NCBI GenBank assembly: GCA_023247255.1
Contig: JAHFGV010000009.1
Coordinates: 2,773-66,772 of the forward strand
Reading direction: 5' to 3'
DNA: 64,000 nt
DNA from: Candidatus Omnitrophota bacterium
GTDB taxonomy: Bacteria > Omnitrophota > Gorgyraeia > Aquiviventales > Aquiviventaceae
The notes beneath the pieces were generated by a model, which did not search any database, was not told the DNA's origin, and worked only from the letters and a program-made list of their open reading frames with translations. Positions 27,148 to 36,525 of the stretch are shown here, piece after piece. A program made the position numbers and the translations under genes. How positions within the stretch are numbered: the stretch's first letter is position 1; the number at the start of each line of letters is the position of its first letter.

Positions 27148-29631
27148 ATGAAGGGATCCCACTCCGAACTCCAAACTCCGAATTCCGAATCCCGAACTGG
27201 GAAACATGTCCTATATCCCAGCCTGGGTATGATCGTTTCCCAATTCCCAGAGATGCACGAGACGTTCATCATGCGGGAACTGAGCGCGTTGCGCGATGCA
27301 GGAATTCCTCTGCGTATCTATTCATTGAAACGCTGCCGCGATCCTATCGTACATCCGCAAGCGCAAAAACTTCTCGGGTTGACTCGCTATGTGGTATGGA
27401 ACGATGCCGTTGTTTGGGTACGTGCGGCCGGGTTAGTTCTCCGGCGTCCGATGCGGGCGTTCTCGATACTCGGCTGGGTGGTTCGCCATCATTCTGGGAG
27501 GGCTTTCCTTTTGGCAAAGGCGCTCGTGGTATGGGCACAGGCGATTGTAATCGCCGAGAAGATGCGCGAGGAGGGGATTACGCATATCCATGCGCATTGG
27601 GCAACGGTGCCGACGACGGCGGCTGTGATCGCTTCCGATTGGCTGGGTATTCCCTTTAGCTTCACGGCGCACGCGTGGGATATCTTTGTTCGGAATCCAT
27701 CCCTGAAAGAGAAGATACGACTTTCAGCTAGGGTGATGACCTGCACGGATTACAACCGGCGGTTTCTCCAGCACTTGTGTCCGGGAGAGCGAGAGAAGAT
27801 CATCGTGAACTATCACGGCGTGGACCTCGGGAAGTTTCAACAACTACAACAAGAGACAAGAAACAGGGGACAGGGGACATGTTTTGTGTCTCCTATCTCC
27901 CGTCTCCCGTCTCCCGTCTCCTGTCCCGTTTTTCTATCGGTGGGTCGGCTCGTTGAGACCAAAGGCTATCCTGTTCTTTTGGAAGCCTACCGACGGCTGA
28001 AGTCGGAGGGCATGGCGTTTCACGCGGTGATCGTTGGGGAAGGTTGCCTGCGTGATAGGCTGGAACATCAGATTCGTGTGAACCATCTGGCCGATGTCGT
28101 CGAGTTGAGAAACGCGATGGGGCAGGAGGCACTACGCAAGCTCTATCGGGATGCCTTCGCCTTTGTCCTGCCTTGCACCGTTGCTGAAGACGGGGACCGC
28201 GATGGGATTCCGAATGTCATTCTCGAGGCCATGGCTTGTAGTTTGCCGATAGTCTCGACACAGATCTCGGGAATCCCAGAAGCCGTGCAGGATCGCCGCA
28301 GCGGATTGTTGGTTCCACCCAACGATGGGGAAGAGCTCGCTCGCGCCTTGAAACTTTTGCTGCAGCGGCCGAGTTTTGCCCGTGTATTGGGTGACCACGG
28401 GCGAATGTGGGCGGAGTGTACGTTTGACGCCCGCGAGCATATGCAACAACTCGTGGTTCGGATGAGGGGGTTGTTAGAGAAATCTGTTAGACCCGTTAAC
28501 GTCATGTACGTCATTTGGTCGCTGGAGGTCGGTGGGGCAGAGCGTGTTGTGATGACGCTCGCCAGTGGCCTGGACCGTAAGCGGTTTTCTCCGATCGTGG
28601 TGTGTCTCAATCAGGAAGGACGTATGGCGGCCATGCTTAAACAGCAAGGGATTACTGTGATTGCCCTGAACAAGCGTCCGGGAGTCGATTTGGGGATGCT
28701 GGTGCGTCTGGCGTGGTTGATGAGGCAGCATGGCGTGCAAGTTGTGCACGCGCATCTATGGGGAGCGAATCTGTGGGCGCGTATCGCTGCCATGATGGCA
28801 AGGGTACCGGTCGTCATTGTCCACGAACACGGGATGCAGCCTTGGCGAGGAACCTGGCATTTCCGAATCGACCGTTGGCTGGGACGAAGAACGAGCCGGA
28901 TTCTCTTTGCATCCTCGGAAGTCATGCAGAAGTATGGTGCAAAGACGGGGATGGCACAAAGGCGTTGCCTGTGGGTTCCCAATGGAATCGACGGGAGGCC
29001 GCAAGGATTGGATCGTACCCGTTTGCGAGCACGATTGGGTTTTTCCGATGAAGATCGCGTCGTGATCAGTGTCGGCCGACTCTCACCAGAGAAAGGGCAT
29101 GAAGATTTGTTGCTTGCCTTCGCTCAACTGAGGCAACAGGTGCCTCAGGCGCGTTTGGTATTGGTAGGAGACGGGATAGAGCGAGACACGCTCCAGGCGC
29201 TTCAAGCACGCTGTGGACTTAACGGTGAAGTGACCTTCGCGGGAGTGCAGGACGACGTGCGTCCGTGGCTCGCTGCTGCCGACGTCTACGTTCAGCCTTC
29301 GAGGCGGGAAGGTTTGTCACTGGCCGTTCTTGAGGCGATGGCCTTCGGGCTTCCCGTCATCGCGACCCATGTAGGGGATACGGCACGTGTCATTACCGAT
29401 GGAATGACAGGATACCTAGTGCCTGCTCAGCAACCGGAGGTCTTATCGGCTAAGCTCAAGCAGGTTCTCGATCAACGGGATCAGCAAGGAACTTTAGTAG
29501 AGGCGGCCCGCGCGCTTGTGCAGCGTGATTACTCCGAGCGCCAGATGGTGGGGATAGTGGAGAGGGTTTACGAGGAAGAACTCGTCAAAGAAACAATAAT
29601 TAGCACACAGCAATTAGTACACAGCACATAG
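27148..29631 (+). CDS. tandem GT4–GT4 glycosyltransferase (WbdA-like architecture)
   Basis: Two complete GT4 modules: DGIPNVILEAMACSLPIVSTQISGIPEAV (res ~350) and REGLSLAVLEAMAFGLPVIATHVGDTARVI (res ~720). Confidence 0.8.
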   Translation: MKGSHSELQTPNSESRTGKHVLYPSLGMIVSQFPEMHETFIMRELSALRDAGIPLRIYSLKRCRDPIVHPQAQKLLGLTRYVVWNDAVVWVRAAGLVLRRPMRAFSILGWVVRHHSGRAFLLAKALVVWAQAIVIAEKMREEGITHIHAHWATVPTTAAVIASDWLGIPFSFTAHAWDIFVRNPSLKEKIRLSARVMTCTDYNRRFLQHLCPGEREKIIVNYHGVDLGKFQQLQQETRNRGQGTCFVSPISRLPSPVSCPVFLSVGRLVETKGYPVLLEAYRRLKSEGMAFHAVIVGEGCLRDRLEHQIRVNHLADVVELRNAMGQEALRKLYRDAFAFVLPCTVAEDGDRDGIPNVILEAMACSLPIVSTQISGIPEAVQDRRSGLLVPPNDGEELARALKLLLQRPSFARVLGDHGRMWAECTFDAREHMQQLVVRMRGLLEKSVRPVNVMYVIWSLEVGGAERVVMTLASGLDRKRFSPIVVCLNQEGRMAAMLKQQGITVIALNKRPGVDLGMLVRLAWLMRQHGVQVVHAHLWGANLWARIAAMMARVPVVIVHEHGMQPWRGTWHFRIDRWLGRRTSRILFASSEVMQKYGAKTGMAQRRCLWVPNGIDGRPQGLDRTRLRARLGFSDEDRVVISVGRLSPEKGHEDLLLAFAQLRQQVPQARLVLVGDGIERDTLQALQARCGLNGEVTFAGVQDDVRPWLAAADVYVQPSRREGLSLAVLEAMAFGLPVIATHVGDTARVITDGMTGYLVPAQQPEVLSAKLKQVLDQRDQQGTLVEAARALVQRDYSERQMVGIVERVYEEELVKETIISTQQLVHST
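27853..27927. repeat. 75-bp hairpin repeat inserted in frame inside the GT4–GT4 gene (arms gagacaagaaacaggggacaggggaca / tctcctatctcccgtctcccgtctcccgtctcctgtccc)
   Basis: Self-complementary arms around tgttttgtg loop; encodes RNRGQGTCFVSPISRLPSPVSCP linker; same GACAGG/CCTGTC heptamer family as 9546-9969. Confidence 0.5.
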
Positions 29632-29634
29632 CAT

Positions 29635-31128
29635 ATGGCAGACCGCAAACCGAAAACTGCTTCCCAGCCACGTAGGCACGTAGGCACGGATGCACGACGT
29701 GTCTCCTCTGCCTTGTCTGCTCTCCCACGTTTCAAGCGTAAGGTTGTCATGGGGCTGAGCTTATTGCTCATCATCGGTTACGTGGCTAAGCTCGTCGATA
29801 CGCGCTATCCCTGGCTGTGGGCTTACCTGCTGGATCAGATCAGACCTCAGACGGTGCAAGCATCCGCAGGCCCGACCCACGTCCTGTTCACTTTCGTCGA
29901 CCATTTTGAACCGCACGACCAAGCGACCATGGATCGGTGGATGAGCGCTTATCCCCAGATGGCTGCGCGCCATCGCGATGCCGATGGACGTTTTCCGCAA
30001 CACTCGTGGTTTTGGCATTTCAGCTATGCCGATGGATTCGAGACCTTGTCGTACCTGAAGCAGCTGGCCGAGCTTTCTTATCAAGGATTCGGAGAGGTGG
30101 AGCTGCACCTGCACCATGGGCCCGATTCCGAAGAGAGCTTTTTAGAGCTCATGCGCAAGCGCCTGCAACTTTCACGATGGACGGGTTCGATGGTGACGGC
30201 CGAGACAAGGCCACAGACGCATTTTGGATTCATTCACGGATTATGGGCGCTGGACAATTCACGCGGGGGTAAGACCTGCGGTGTCAATAATGAGTTGACG
30301 CTGCTGGCACGTTTAGGCTGCTATGCGGATTTTACGCACCCCTCATGGGGGCCTATGCATCCGCGGATGGTCAATCGGCTTTACTACGCGACGGACGATC
30401 CGATGCGTCCTAAGTCCTATGACCGAGGTCCGGTCATGCAGGTGGGACGCTTACCTATCGGGGACCTGCTCATTTTCGAAGGGCCCAGTGTGGTGCGCTT
30501 GCGCGGTATCAAACCCGTCTATGACCATGGGGATGTGACGCAGGTAGATCTTCCGACCTCCGAGCGCGTCGATGCCTGGGTGCGAACCGGTATTCACGTC
30601 GAGGGACGTCCCGAGTGGGTTTTTATCAAAGTCTACACGCATGGGGCCATTGCGCGAGACCATGAGGCAGTCCTAGGACGCTGGAGCGACCGGATGCATG
30701 AATACCTGGAAGGTCATTACAACGATGGTGAGCGTTACGTCCTGCACTACGTCACGGCCCGCGAGGCCTACAACATCGCCAAGGCTGCGGAGGTGGGTAA
30801 ATCTGGGGATCCCAATGCGTTCCGTGATTTCGTTATCCCTCCCTACGCGAACCGGACCCTCATAGCCTCCGTACCCTATGAGCTCATCAGCGCTGACGAA
30901 GAGAAGTTGTGGGTGCGGTTGCTGACGCCACCCAGCAGTCGTGTAAGTATGCGATTGCATGCGCGCGTCGTTGACGTTTCTGGCGATGCGTCTGACATCG
31001 TGATTGAGCCCACGGATGAAGATACAGGGCTTACTCTCGCCACGACAGGAGAAGGAATCGTAACGTTTGAGTATGAGAGAAGAGGTATCAATCAGCAAGT
31101 AGCACATAGAGCAGATGGTACAAGATGA
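29635..31128 (+). CDS. hypothetical membrane-anchored protein (alternative start 29749)
   Basis: Single TM (MGLSLLLIIGYVAKLV) then large soluble domain with His-rich motifs (ELHLHHG); the region 29635-29748 overlaps a repeat so the true start may be the ATG at 29749. Confidence 0.5.
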   Translation: MADRKPKTASQPRRHVGTDARRVSSALSALPRFKRKVVMGLSLLLIIGYVAKLVDTRYPWLWAYLLDQIRPQTVQASAGPTHVLFTFVDHFEPHDQATMDRWMSAYPQMAARHRDADGRFPQHSWFWHFSYADGFETLSYLKQLAELSYQGFGEVELHLHHGPDSEESFLELMRKRLQLSRWTGSMVTAETRPQTHFGFIHGLWALDNSRGGKTCGVNNELTLLARLGCYADFTHPSWGPMHPRMVNRLYYATDDPMRPKSYDRGPVMQVGRLPIGDLLIFEGPSVVRLRGIKPVYDHGDVTQVDLPTSERVDAWVRTGIHVEGRPEWVFIKVYTHGAIARDHEAVLGRWSDRMHEYLEGHYNDGERYVLHYVTAREAYNIAKAAEVGKSGDPNAFRDFVIPPYANRTLIASVPYELISADEEKLWVRLLTPPSSRVSMRLHARVVDVSGDASDIVIEPTDEDTGLTLATTGEGIVTFEYERRGINQQVAHRADGTR

Positions 31129-32303
31129 ACCGAGCGACGAGCGACGAGCAACGAACCACGTCCCCCGCACCTTGCCCCATAAAGGTGGTCTACGTGATTG
31201 ACGATTTGGGCCTGGGAGGGGCGCAGAGGCAACTGACCGAGCTCGTTAGGGCGATCGACCGCAGCCGGTATCAGCCTTACGTGGTGAGTCTTTCAACCCA
31301 GCGCTTGGCTTACGCTAAGAATATTCGTGAGCTTGAGATTCCCTTGACGCTGATTGAGCATGAAGGGATATGGTCTTGGCGAACCCTTTGGCAGATCCTT
31401 CGCTTGCTGCAAAGGGTGCGGCCTACCGTCGTGCACACGTGGCTTTTCACCGCCGATCTCTATGGACGCCTGGCGGCTTGGCTGACGCGCGTGCCGGTGA
31501 TCGTCAGTGCCGTCCGCAGCGTGGATCCTTGGAAGCCGAGACATTACATTTTTGCGGATCGGCTCTTGTGCAATGTGACGAGCGCTTTTACTGTCAATGC
31601 GCAGGCTATCGGCGAGGTGCTTCGTAAGCGAGAGGGCGTTGAGCCCTCCAAACTCCATACGATCTATAACGGGGTGGATCTTTCGGCGTTCGATCCTTCG
31701 ATTCAGGATGGAGCGCTCCGGCGTCATCTTGGACTGGATAGAGTCGTTCGGCTTGTGGGTATCGTCGGACGTCTGGCTCCGGAGAAGGATCATCAGACGT
31801 TTCTGCACTCCGCAAGGTTGGTGGTAGAGCGTCATCCGGATGTTCGTTTCCTCATCGTCGGCAATGGTCCGCTGCGATCCGAGCTCGATGCGATGATCCG
31901 CAAGCTGAAACTACAGGCTCATGTCCACATGCTGGAGAGTCAGCAGCCGATCACTCCGATCTTCGCCGCCCTCGATATGGTTGTCGTCAGCTCGCGCTAC
32001 GAAGGCTGCTGCAACGTCATTCTAGAGGCTATGGCGATGGGCAAGCCCGTTATCGCCACAGACGTAGGAGGAAATCCGGAGTTGGTGAGTCACGAAGAAA
32101 CGGGATTTTTGATTCCGCCCGGGGAGCCCCAAGCGATGGCTGAGGCTATCGAGCGACTCTTGCAGCAGCGCTCTCGCGCGCAGTACTTCGGGCAGCAGGC
32201 GCGGCGTATCGTAGAGTCCCGGTTTAATCTGAAGCGCATGATCGATCAGACGATGGCTTTGTATGACGCACTGCTATGTCGTGTTGGCCCGTTAACGCGT
32301 TAG
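31125..32303 (+). CDS. glycosyltransferase family 4
   Basis: VVYVIDDLGLGGAQRQ N-terminus and EGCCNVILEAMAMGKPVIATDVGGNPELV C-terminal GT4 motif. Confidence 0.8.
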   Translation: MNRATSDEQRTTSPAPCPIKVVYVIDDLGLGGAQRQLTELVRAIDRSRYQPYVVSLSTQRLAYAKNIRELEIPLTLIEHEGIWSWRTLWQILRLLQRVRPTVVHTWLFTADLYGRLAAWLTRVPVIVSAVRSVDPWKPRHYIFADRLLCNVTSAFTVNAQAIGEVLRKREGVEPSKLHTIYNGVDLSAFDPSIQDGALRRHLGLDRVVRLVGIVGRLAPEKDHQTFLHSARLVVERHPDVRFLIVGNGPLRSELDAMIRKLKLQAHVHMLESQQPITPIFAALDMVVVSSRYEGCCNVILEAMAMGKPVIATDVGGNPELVSHEETGFLIPPGEPQAMAEAIERLLQQRSRAQYFGQQARRIVESRFNLKRMIDQTMALYDALLCRVGPLTR

Positions 32304-32429
32304 CGCATTTTCGCGTTCAACTTGAACAAACCCAACCCGCGAGTTCACCAACGCGCCAACGGGCAAACTCGCTAACCAGCGGGTGGTTTTCAACGGAGGA
32401 ATGAAGTACTGATTAAACGAGTGAGGTGA

Positions 32430-34730
32430 GTGATGCAACGATATGTGCCGACGATTCTCGTCTTGGTGATAGGTATGAGTTTGGGGTATGGCGTCGCAGC
32501 ATCGGGAGGGCCTGTGCAGGCGTTGCTTCGTCCCATGAAGGCCCTTTCGCATTTGATATCAAGCCCCGGTGATGCGTTGAAGGAGGGGTTAAAACCGCAA
32601 CCCCCATCCTCTTCTGCTTCTGCGAAAAACGCGGTCTTCTGGTTAAGCAGTTTTGAGTCTTCGGAAGAGATCGATAGACGTTGGAAGACTCGCAGTGTCG
32701 TAGCCAAGGTAGATAAACTCCATGCCAGCCATGGACTCTCCGCCGCGCGGTTGACCTATCAGATGGCTACGGCTCCCGCTTTTATGATGGAGAACTACCT
32801 GGATAGTGGACACGGCGATTGGCGGGGCTATGAAGCCCTGGAGTTTGATCTCACCAACGCAAATCCCAGCCAGGAGCGGATGATCCTAAAACTGAAAGAT
32901 CAGGATGGCCGCGGCTACAGCGAGGATATCTTCGTCAATTCAGGCGCATCGCAACATATCCGCGTGCGTCTGGAAGACGTTCAGGGTTACCTCGATCTTT
33001 CGCACGTCATCCAACTCAACCTGTTTCGATGGAAACCGCGCAAGGAGGCGACGTTTTATCTGGATGCCGTGTGCCTGACTCCCGCTGCACAGAGAATACC
33101 CGAATCGGATACGACGGGCTCATCGGGTTCATCAGTGATTCCCGTCTCTGCGGCTGTGACTCCGCAGGAGTCTTGGCAAGTGAAGTGGGTTTCGGGTCTG
33201 ACGAAGGTGTTTCGCGATCCCGCGCTTTTGGAGCAGGCGGCAACACCACCTCTTCGTCTAGCGCTCTCCAAGGGGGAATACGAGAGTGTACAAATCCTTG
33301 TCATTGGAGGAGAGCAGCCCGTTCAAGTGAAAGTTTCCGTTGGGCCACTCACGCATAGCGATGGACAGACCCAGTTTCCCAATGGCGTCGTCGAGATCCG
33401 TCGAGTCGATTACGTAACGACGAAGCAGCCTTACTATCCCGTAACCTTCGTCGGGGATTGGCCGGATCCCTTGCCGAGTGCGGATACGATCGACGTCCCC
33501 GCCGGTCAGGTTCAGCCTATCTGGATCACGGTGGGTGCGCCGACGCACCTTGTGGCCGGTCAATACAACGCGACCATCACCCTCCGCGGTTCGGATGGCC
33601 GTATCGAGCAAATGGAGCTGATCGTCACGCTATGGGACTTCACCCTTCCCCGGACAGCAAGTCTTAAGACAGCTTTTGATTTCTATCCCTCGCGACTCAG
33701 AAAGACCTATCAGGAGTTCGTTCTAGGCGGATCCGTTTGGGAGACTCGCTTAGAAGAATTGCAGCGGCTCTATTACTTGGATATGCTTAAGCACCGCGTT
33801 TCTCCCATTCTGCAAGCGGATCCTTCCAATGCTCGGTTCCAGCAAGAGATTGCCGAATATCTTAACCGTGGACTGAGCGCATTAGGAATTGGCTCCAGAG
33901 GAGGCAGCAACGGCAACAATTGGCCGAAGGATCCTGGGCAACTGGAGCAGGTCATGAGCTGGTATCGCAAGGCGGCTGAGTCCTTGCGTTTTCAACAGCT
34001 ATTGGATTTAGCCTACGTCTATACCTATGATGAGCCTCAGCCCGGAGATCCGAAGGTTGCGCGGGTGATGGCAGCGATTCACCAAGTCGATCCGGCGCTT
34101 AAGAATCTTCTGGTGATGCACTATGCCCCGGATCCTGTGCAGCATGCGGATTGGCTTAAGGATGCCGACATCATTTGCTTGCGTATCGCAAGCTTTGATC
34201 CTGCACAGGCACAGCAGCTCAAAGGGATGGGTAAGGAAGTGTGGATGTACGTCTCATCACCGGCGCATCCTTTTCCGGCGCTTGTCATTGATTATCCGGC
34301 CATCGCCCATCGTATTCTGCCGTGGATGGCCTGGAAGTATGGGGCGACAGGACTGCTCTATTGGTGCGTCGACTTCTGGAACGGAGATCCTTGGCAGGAT
34401 CCGGCAAACTTCAGCAAAGATCAGAACGGAAACGGTGCCTTGTACTACCCCAGCGCCGAAGGGCCGGTACCTTCGATCCGCATGGAGGCTTTGAGGGATG
34501 GCATTGAAGACTATGAATATCTCACTCTCTTGAATACGCTCTTAGAAAGTGCGAAAGGCATGGAGGATTCTGATCCGACTCTATTCGAGCAGGGACGCAA
34601 GCTCGTAGGCGTTGGATCGGATATCGTGGATTCCCTGCGCAGCTACAGCAAGGATCCCGAAAGGCTGTTGGCTTATCGAAAGGCCGTTGCCGAGACGATT
34701 GAGAAACTACAAAGAGTGTTAGCCCGTTAG
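32430..34730 (+). CDS. secreted large hypothetical protein, DUF4091-like/glycoside-hydrolase-like C-terminal region (possible EPS-modifying hydrolase)
   Basis: Signal peptide MMQRYVPTILVLVIGMSLGYGVAAS; C-terminal WMYVSS...LLYWCVDFWNGDPWQDP...ALYYPSAEGPVPSIRMEALRDGIEDYEYL pattern. Confidence 0.45.
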   Translation: MMQRYVPTILVLVIGMSLGYGVAASGGPVQALLRPMKALSHLISSPGDALKEGLKPQPPSSSASAKNAVFWLSSFESSEEIDRRWKTRSVVAKVDKLHASHGLSAARLTYQMATAPAFMMENYLDSGHGDWRGYEALEFDLTNANPSQERMILKLKDQDGRGYSEDIFVNSGASQHIRVRLEDVQGYLDLSHVIQLNLFRWKPRKEATFYLDAVCLTPAAQRIPESDTTGSSGSSVIPVSAAVTPQESWQVKWVSGLTKVFRDPALLEQAATPPLRLALSKGEYESVQILVIGGEQPVQVKVSVGPLTHSDGQTQFPNGVVEIRRVDYVTTKQPYYPVTFVGDWPDPLPSADTIDVPAGQVQPIWITVGAPTHLVAGQYNATITLRGSDGRIEQMELIVTLWDFTLPRTASLKTAFDFYPSRLRKTYQEFVLGGSVWETRLEELQRLYYLDMLKHRVSPILQADPSNARFQQEIAEYLNRGLSALGIGSRGGSNGNNWPKDPGQLEQVMSWYRKAAESLRFQQLLDLAYVYTYDEPQPGDPKVARVMAAIHQVDPALKNLLVMHYAPDPVQHADWLKDADIICLRIASFDPAQAQQLKGMGKEVWMYVSSPAHPFPALVIDYPAIAHRILPWMAWKYGATGLLYWCVDFWNGDPWQDPANFSKDQNGNGALYYPSAEGPVPSIRMEALRDGIEDYEYLTLLNTLLESAKGMEDSDPTLFEQGRKLVGVGSDIVDSLRSYSKDPERLLAYRKAVAETIEKLQRVLAR

Positions 34731-34790
34731 CGCGTTTGCGAATTGGCGGGTTTGCGGGTTTAGGATTTTAACGCACCAACGCGCTAGCCA

Positions 34791-35648
34791 ATGATAATGA
34801 AACTATTCCTCTTCACAACTGACAACGCTTTTGCCTTGCGCGCACAGGAAGCGGGGGTCGACAGCGTGATCGTCGACTGGGAGTCGAGGGGTAAGAGGCA
34901 AAGGCAGAGCCGGTATCCTCTCGAGGTCAACCAGGATACTCCGGAAGATGTCTCGCGTCTGGCGCAGCGGCTGACGATTCCGGTGACGGTTCGCGTCAAC
35001 GGTTTCGGGCTACACACGGCGGATGAGATTGAATGTGCCTTGGATCACGGAGCGCGCATTCTGATGCTGCCCATGGCGCAGCAGCCCGATGAGGTTGAGG
35101 GATTCCTGAAACAGGTCCGCCATCGGGTGAAAACGATCGTTCAGATTGAAACGCAGGCTTTGGTTGAACAGGCCTGCGCGCTTCGAGATTTTGCGTGGGA
35201 TTACGCTTATATCGGGCTGAACGATCTCATGGTATCCCGCGGGGGTTGGTTCCTGTGGGATGCTGTACTTGATGGGACGGTGGAGCGGCTTTTTCAAGCC
35301 CTCGCTGACCGCGCCGTCGGATTGGGTGGGGTAACCGTGGTGGGGGGAGGACTTCCTGTCCGGTTCGCTCTGCTCCTGCATGAAATGGTCCGACTCGGTT
35401 GCCAATTGAGTTTCTTGCGGCGTACGTTCAAAAAGGAACTCATGGATCGCGATTTCAACGCGGAGATTCGGGCCGTTCGGGGCTTTTGCGAAGCCAGTGC
35501 TCATCGAGGAGAGCAGGCAATTATCTGGGATCATCAAAGATTCGTGGAGGAGCTATTAACCCTGCGAAGGAATAATGACTTTGCTCGTCATGTACAGCAC
35601 TCACAAGCCGAGTGGGGAACACCTCTGTCGGTTGAAGGCGTTACGTGA
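34791..35648 (+). CDS. HpcH/HpaI aldolase/citrate-lyase family protein
   Basis: VDSVIVDWES ... TIVQIETQALVEQ ... YIGLNDLMVSRGG match the TIM-barrel HpcH/HpaI pattern. Confidence 0.6.
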   Translation: MIMKLFLFTTDNAFALRAQEAGVDSVIVDWESRGKRQRQSRYPLEVNQDTPEDVSRLAQRLTIPVTVRVNGFGLHTADEIECALDHGARILMLPMAQQPDEVEGFLKQVRHRVKTIVQIETQALVEQACALRDFAWDYAYIGLNDLMVSRGGWFLWDAVLDGTVERLFQALADRAVGLGGVTVVGGGLPVRFALLLHEMVRLGCQLSFLRRTFKKELMDRDFNAEIRAVRGFCEASAHRGEQAIIWDHQRFVEELLTLRRNNDFARHVQHSQAEWGTPLSVEGVT

Positions 35649-36525
35649 TTCTTTAAAAGTCATCGTCGCCACTACCGAAGAAGAGGCAAAGGCCATGGCC
35701 CCTGAGGTTGAGATTATCTTGGGGCATCGATATCTGCGTCAGTGTCTTGCGGTTGCCAGACGGTTGCGTTGGGTTCAAAGCTCCGCCGGTGGGGTGGATC
35801 AACTTCCCTGTGAGGGGCTTGCTTCACGCGGCATTCTGTTGACGCGAACCACGTTATCGTCATCGGTGATTGCACGGCATGCCATCACTTTAGCTTGGGC
35901 CCTGACTCGGGGTTTGCCACAGGCTTTTAAACTTCAAGCCAGTAGACGATGGGATCCTGCGGGAGTGTCTTTCCTGAGCATGCCGCGACAGGCTTTGGTT
36001 CTCGGAATGGGGTGTATCGGACGCACCCTTGCCGCTCAGCTACGCTCCGAGGGATTGCGTGTGATTGGGGTCAAACGCACCCTCGATGAAAGTGTCAGGG
36101 CTTGGTGTGATGATTTGCGCGATACACAAACATGGCAGAGCGCTTTGCCAGAAGTGGACTGGTGTTTCGTAGCTTTGCCTCTGACGGAAACTACCCGACA
36201 TTTCGTCGACGAGACCGTCATGCGTGCGCTACCCGCTCACGCGGTTTTGGTAAATGTGGGGCGCGGAGAGGTTCTGGATACCGAGGCACTCATCCGTGTC
36301 CTCAACGATGGCCATTTGGGAGGTGTTGCTCTGGATGTGGTGGAGAAACAGCCCTTGCACTCCGACGATTCTCTCTGGCAAGCGCCGCGTCTGTTGATCA
36401 CTCCCTATGTGGCTGCGCACGAACCGAATCGCGCTGCAGCGCTGGAGCGTTTCTTTGAATCTCAGGTTCAGCGCTATCTGGATGGTGAACCGTTAGAAGA
36501 TGTGGTTGTGTTCGATAAGCAATGA
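35575..36525 (+). CDS. D-isomer-specific 2-hydroxyacid dehydrogenase (NAD-binding)
   Basis: LVLGMGCIGRTLAAQLRSEGLRVIGVKR Rossmann motif; VLVNVGRGEV; catalytic H in ITPYVAAHEP. The start is uncertain: the track start overlaps the upstream gene by 74 nt, and a TTG at 35632 is an alternative. Confidence 0.7.
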   Translation: MTLLVMYSTHKPSGEHLCRLKALRDSLKVIVATTEEEAKAMAPEVEIILGHRYLRQCLAVARRLRWVQSSAGGVDQLPCEGLASRGILLTRTTLSSSVIARHAITLAWALTRGLPQAFKLQASRRWDPAGVSFLSMPRQALVLGMGCIGRTLAAQLRSEGLRVIGVKRTLDESVRAWCDDLRDTQTWQSALPEVDWCFVALPLTETTRHFVDETVMRALPAHAVLVNVGRGEVLDTEALIRVLNDGHLGGVALDVVEKQPLHSDDSLWQAPRLLITPYVAAHEPNRAAALERFFESQVQRYLDGEPLEDVVVFDKQ

